Source of the DNA: Alphaproteobacteria bacterium
GTDB taxonomy: Bacteria; Pseudomonadota; Alphaproteobacteria; UBA8317
Reading direction: 5' to 3'
Length of the DNA: 31,462 nucleotides
Assembly: GCA_038131935.1 (NCBI GenBank)
Contig: JAYPQH010000009.1
Span: 1-31,462, forward strand
Position 1 is the first letter of the stretch. Each line of letters starts with the position of its first letter. Shown piece by piece: positions 28,547-31,462 of this stretch. The notes under the pieces are model-generated. The model did no database searches. It was not told the origin of the DNA and was given only the letters and a program-made list of their open reading frames with translations. The translations under genes and the position numbers were made by a program.

Positions 28547-31462
28547 TCAATGAAAATCACGGCTTGGGAAGATAGTTTTCCACTGATCTCGAGGGTGAAG
28601 TGATTGAGTTCGCGGGGAATGAGAGAGGCCAATCAAATCTGATCTATCTAAGCTGTCCAGCCATGAAGAACGATCCTGCAAACGATGGGCAACAACATGC
28701 ATCACCCCATCACGACGCTCTAAAAGTCCATGGATAACCATAAGTCGTGCATGAACAACGACTTGCCGATATCGTGCATAAATAGACGGCTTAACCACGA
28801 TATTCACAATGCCATACTCATCTTCAAGTGTAATAAAAGTTACACCTTTAGCCGTGCCTGGCCTTTGTCGAATAAGTGCGAGTCCAGCCAAACAAACTTG
28901 AGAATTTTTATGTATATGCGACAAACTTTTACTATGTTCATAGCCTTTAAGTTGGGGTCTGAGCAGTTCTAAAGGATGAGCACGTAAGCTTAAACCATTA
29001 TGTCTGTAGTCTGACATAACTTTTTCGCCTTCACGTTCTGGTGGAAGAAATGTCACTGCTGATGTTTCATCATCTTGAATGTGATCCAATAAAGGCAAAC
29101 GTTTTGTAGGAAGGGCCAGTACCCCCCATTGTGCATCACGACGTTCTAGCCCAAAGGAATGAAAACAATCTGCTGCTGATAGCTGAGTCATTATAGATTG
29201 ACTAAGGTTCGCGCGCTGCCAAACATCATGCAATGATTGGTATCCATTTCCACGGGCTTGTACCAGCCGCATGGCATCTTCCATGGCCAAACCTCGAACA
29301 TGGCGCAACCCTAACCTTACAGCATGATAGCTATTTTGGGGATCAGGCTCTAACGTACAATCCCAATGAGATGCATTTACACATACAGGCCTTACCTCCA
29401 CACCATGACGTTTTGCATCAGCAACAATTTGAGCAGGCGCATAAAAACCAAGTGGTTGCGCATTCAACAATGACGCACAAAAAACATCAGGATATCTAGC
29501 TTTAAGCCATGCAGATGCATAAACAAGAAGAGCAAAGCTTGCGGCATGACTTTCTGGAAACCCATATTCTCCAAAACCTTCGATTTGGCGAAAACAACGC
29601 CAGGCAAAGTCCGCATCATAACCACGTGCTACCATGCCTTTTACCATGCGCTCTTGAAAATAAGAAATGGTTCCTACTTTACGAAATGTTGCCATAGCGC
29701 GGCGTAATTGATCTGCTTCACCAGGTGTAAAACCTGCTGCAACAACAGCAATGCGCATGGCTTGTTCTTGAAACAAAGGAACACCTAATGTCTTTCCTAA
29801 TATGTCCTGAAGTTCTCTTGAAGCATATACAATTGGCTCTTCACCGTTACGCCGGCGTAGATAAGGGTGAACCATGTCTCCTTGTATTGGACCTGGTCTT
29901 ACAATGGCGACTTCAATGACCAAATCGTAAAAACATTTTGGTTTCATACGTGGCAAAAAAGCCATTTGGGCACGGCTTTCCACTTGGAAAACCCCTAAGC
30001 TATCCCCTTCGCCAAGCATATCATAAACTTTGGGATCTTCTCTTGGTATGGATGCAAGGTCATATTGCAAACCATAATAATGCTGCAGCAATGTAAAGCC
30101 ACGTCTGATGCAGCTTAGCATCCCCAATGAAAGAATATCGATTTTTAAAATTCCCAAATAATCCAAATCATCTTTATCCCACTGTATGACAGTTCTGTTT
30201 TCCATCGCGGCATTTTCAACGGGGACCATTTCGCTGATCGGGTTATGGGTAATCACAAAGCCACCAACATGCTGAGATAGATGTCGTGGAAACCCAATCA
30301 GGCTATTAACCAATGCCACAAACTTTTTCATTTGAGGGTCTTCTATATCAAACCCTATATCTTTGAGTGCATCTCGCGCATCCCATTCTGCACGCCAACC
30401 CCAGCTTTGAGAGGCAAGTTTTGCAACCATATCCTCTGAAAACCCCATCACACGACCTACTTCCCGAATGGCACGACGGGCTCGGTAATGCACAACCGTG
30501 GCCGCAAGTGCTGCATGATCACGTCCATAATGATTATAAATATGTTGGATGACTTCTTCGCGACGCTCATGCTCAAAATCAACATCGATATCTGGAGGCT
30601 CTTTGCGTTCAGGTGATACAAAACGCTCAAACAAAACATCAATCTTCTCTGGATCAACAGCAGTGATGCCCAAAAGAAAGCAAATAACAGAGTTTGCAGC
30701 TGACCCGCGTCCTTGGCACAAAATACCCTTATCGCGTGCAAATTGTACAATATCATGAACCGTAAGAAAGTAAGGTGCAAACCCCAATTGCTCAACTATG
30801 CCCAATTCATGCTCTACAAGCTTAGCCAAACGCGTGCGGTTTGCCTCGCTACGTCCTAAGGCGTTCTCTACGCGCCGCACAAGTTCTTCTTGTGTACCAT
30901 GCTTCAATGACCCAACAGGATTAGGGTAATGATATTCTAGTTCAGATAAATCAAATTGAAGCTTATTTGCTAGTTCACGTCCTTGGGCTAAAGCATCGGG
31001 GTAAGAGGCAAATAGGCGGGCCCGCTCATATCCTGCTAACAATCTCTTTTGACCAAGGCGTTGACGATTTTGACCGAGTTCATGCAAGCAACAGCCTTTT
31101 TGTATAGCCTGCAAAAAATCAGCAATTGGTTGACGTTCTTTGGTATGCATAATTGTGTGGTTACAAGCAATCAAACCAACAGCACGCGTACGTGCCATAT
31201 GCTTCAGTGGCCATACGTTGTTGGTCATTACCATGCCCACATGTTCCAATACCGACATAAAAATGTGAACCCCAATGCTTAACCCCCCAATCTATAAGGG
31301 AAGGCATTTGTGTTGTATCATGCGCATATCCAGGTAAAATGAGTATGACATCACGTAGCATGGTTTCCATGACAGACGCTTCAAGATGATATGAGCCTTT
31401 AGCGGCGTGACGACGTGCCCTTGTAATAATTGTGCTGATTTGCCCATAACCTTGAAGGTTTT
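28547..31462 (-). CDS. dnaE2: Error-prone DNA polymerase III alpha (5' end outside the window; frameshift near 31200)
   Basis: GRGSAANS, PPDIDVDFEH, FPRHLSQHVGGF, YGFPESHAASFA, QRPGTAKG and the diagnostic C-terminal SRDFH. The PHP-domain frame is open to the window edge. Confidence 0.97.

Noticed and set aside
1-31462. CRISPR arrays, tRNA, rRNA, IS elements
   Set aside because: No spaced repeats, cloverleaf or rRNA motifs, or transposase ORFs were found by eye, and intergenic gaps are mostly too short.

Overview
AT-rich alphaproteobacterial chromosomal segment, inferred from the murA-DUF2948-hisD-UPF0262-LMW phosphatase-infA-maf-yacG gene order, a 17-kDa-antigen lipoprotein and cytochrome c'. 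Many genes are split by single-base indels. Some breaks fall in homopolymers and one is in hemH, so most are probably long-read or assembly errors. From left to right: a candidate replication origin (two perfect inverted DnaA boxes around an AT-rich tract); a small phage-like gene and an SDR; a cobalamin-riboswitch-controlled B12 uptake operon (btuB-btuF-btuC-btuD-cutA-eamA) back-to-back with exbB-exbD-exbD-tonB-yhhQ; PCuAC; terB-exonuclease-yggS; the murA/hisD/infA cluster; cytochromes c' and b; an accessory patch (stand-alone ParB/Srx domain, lipoprotein, 456-aa orphan membrane protein, minimal tyrosine recombinase with a palindrome over its stop codon); an SLT lipoprotein; sppA; hemH-SDR-SnoaL; two YeeE/YedE genes; hisI; a DUF6134-like Tat protein; and dnaE2 running off the right end. 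No rRNA, tRNA, CRISPR array or IS element was seen. The strongest leads are the oriC candidate without its usual hemE neighbour, the minimal recombinase with its possible site, and the extended B12 island. All family calls come from motif recognition by eye, not from database searches.
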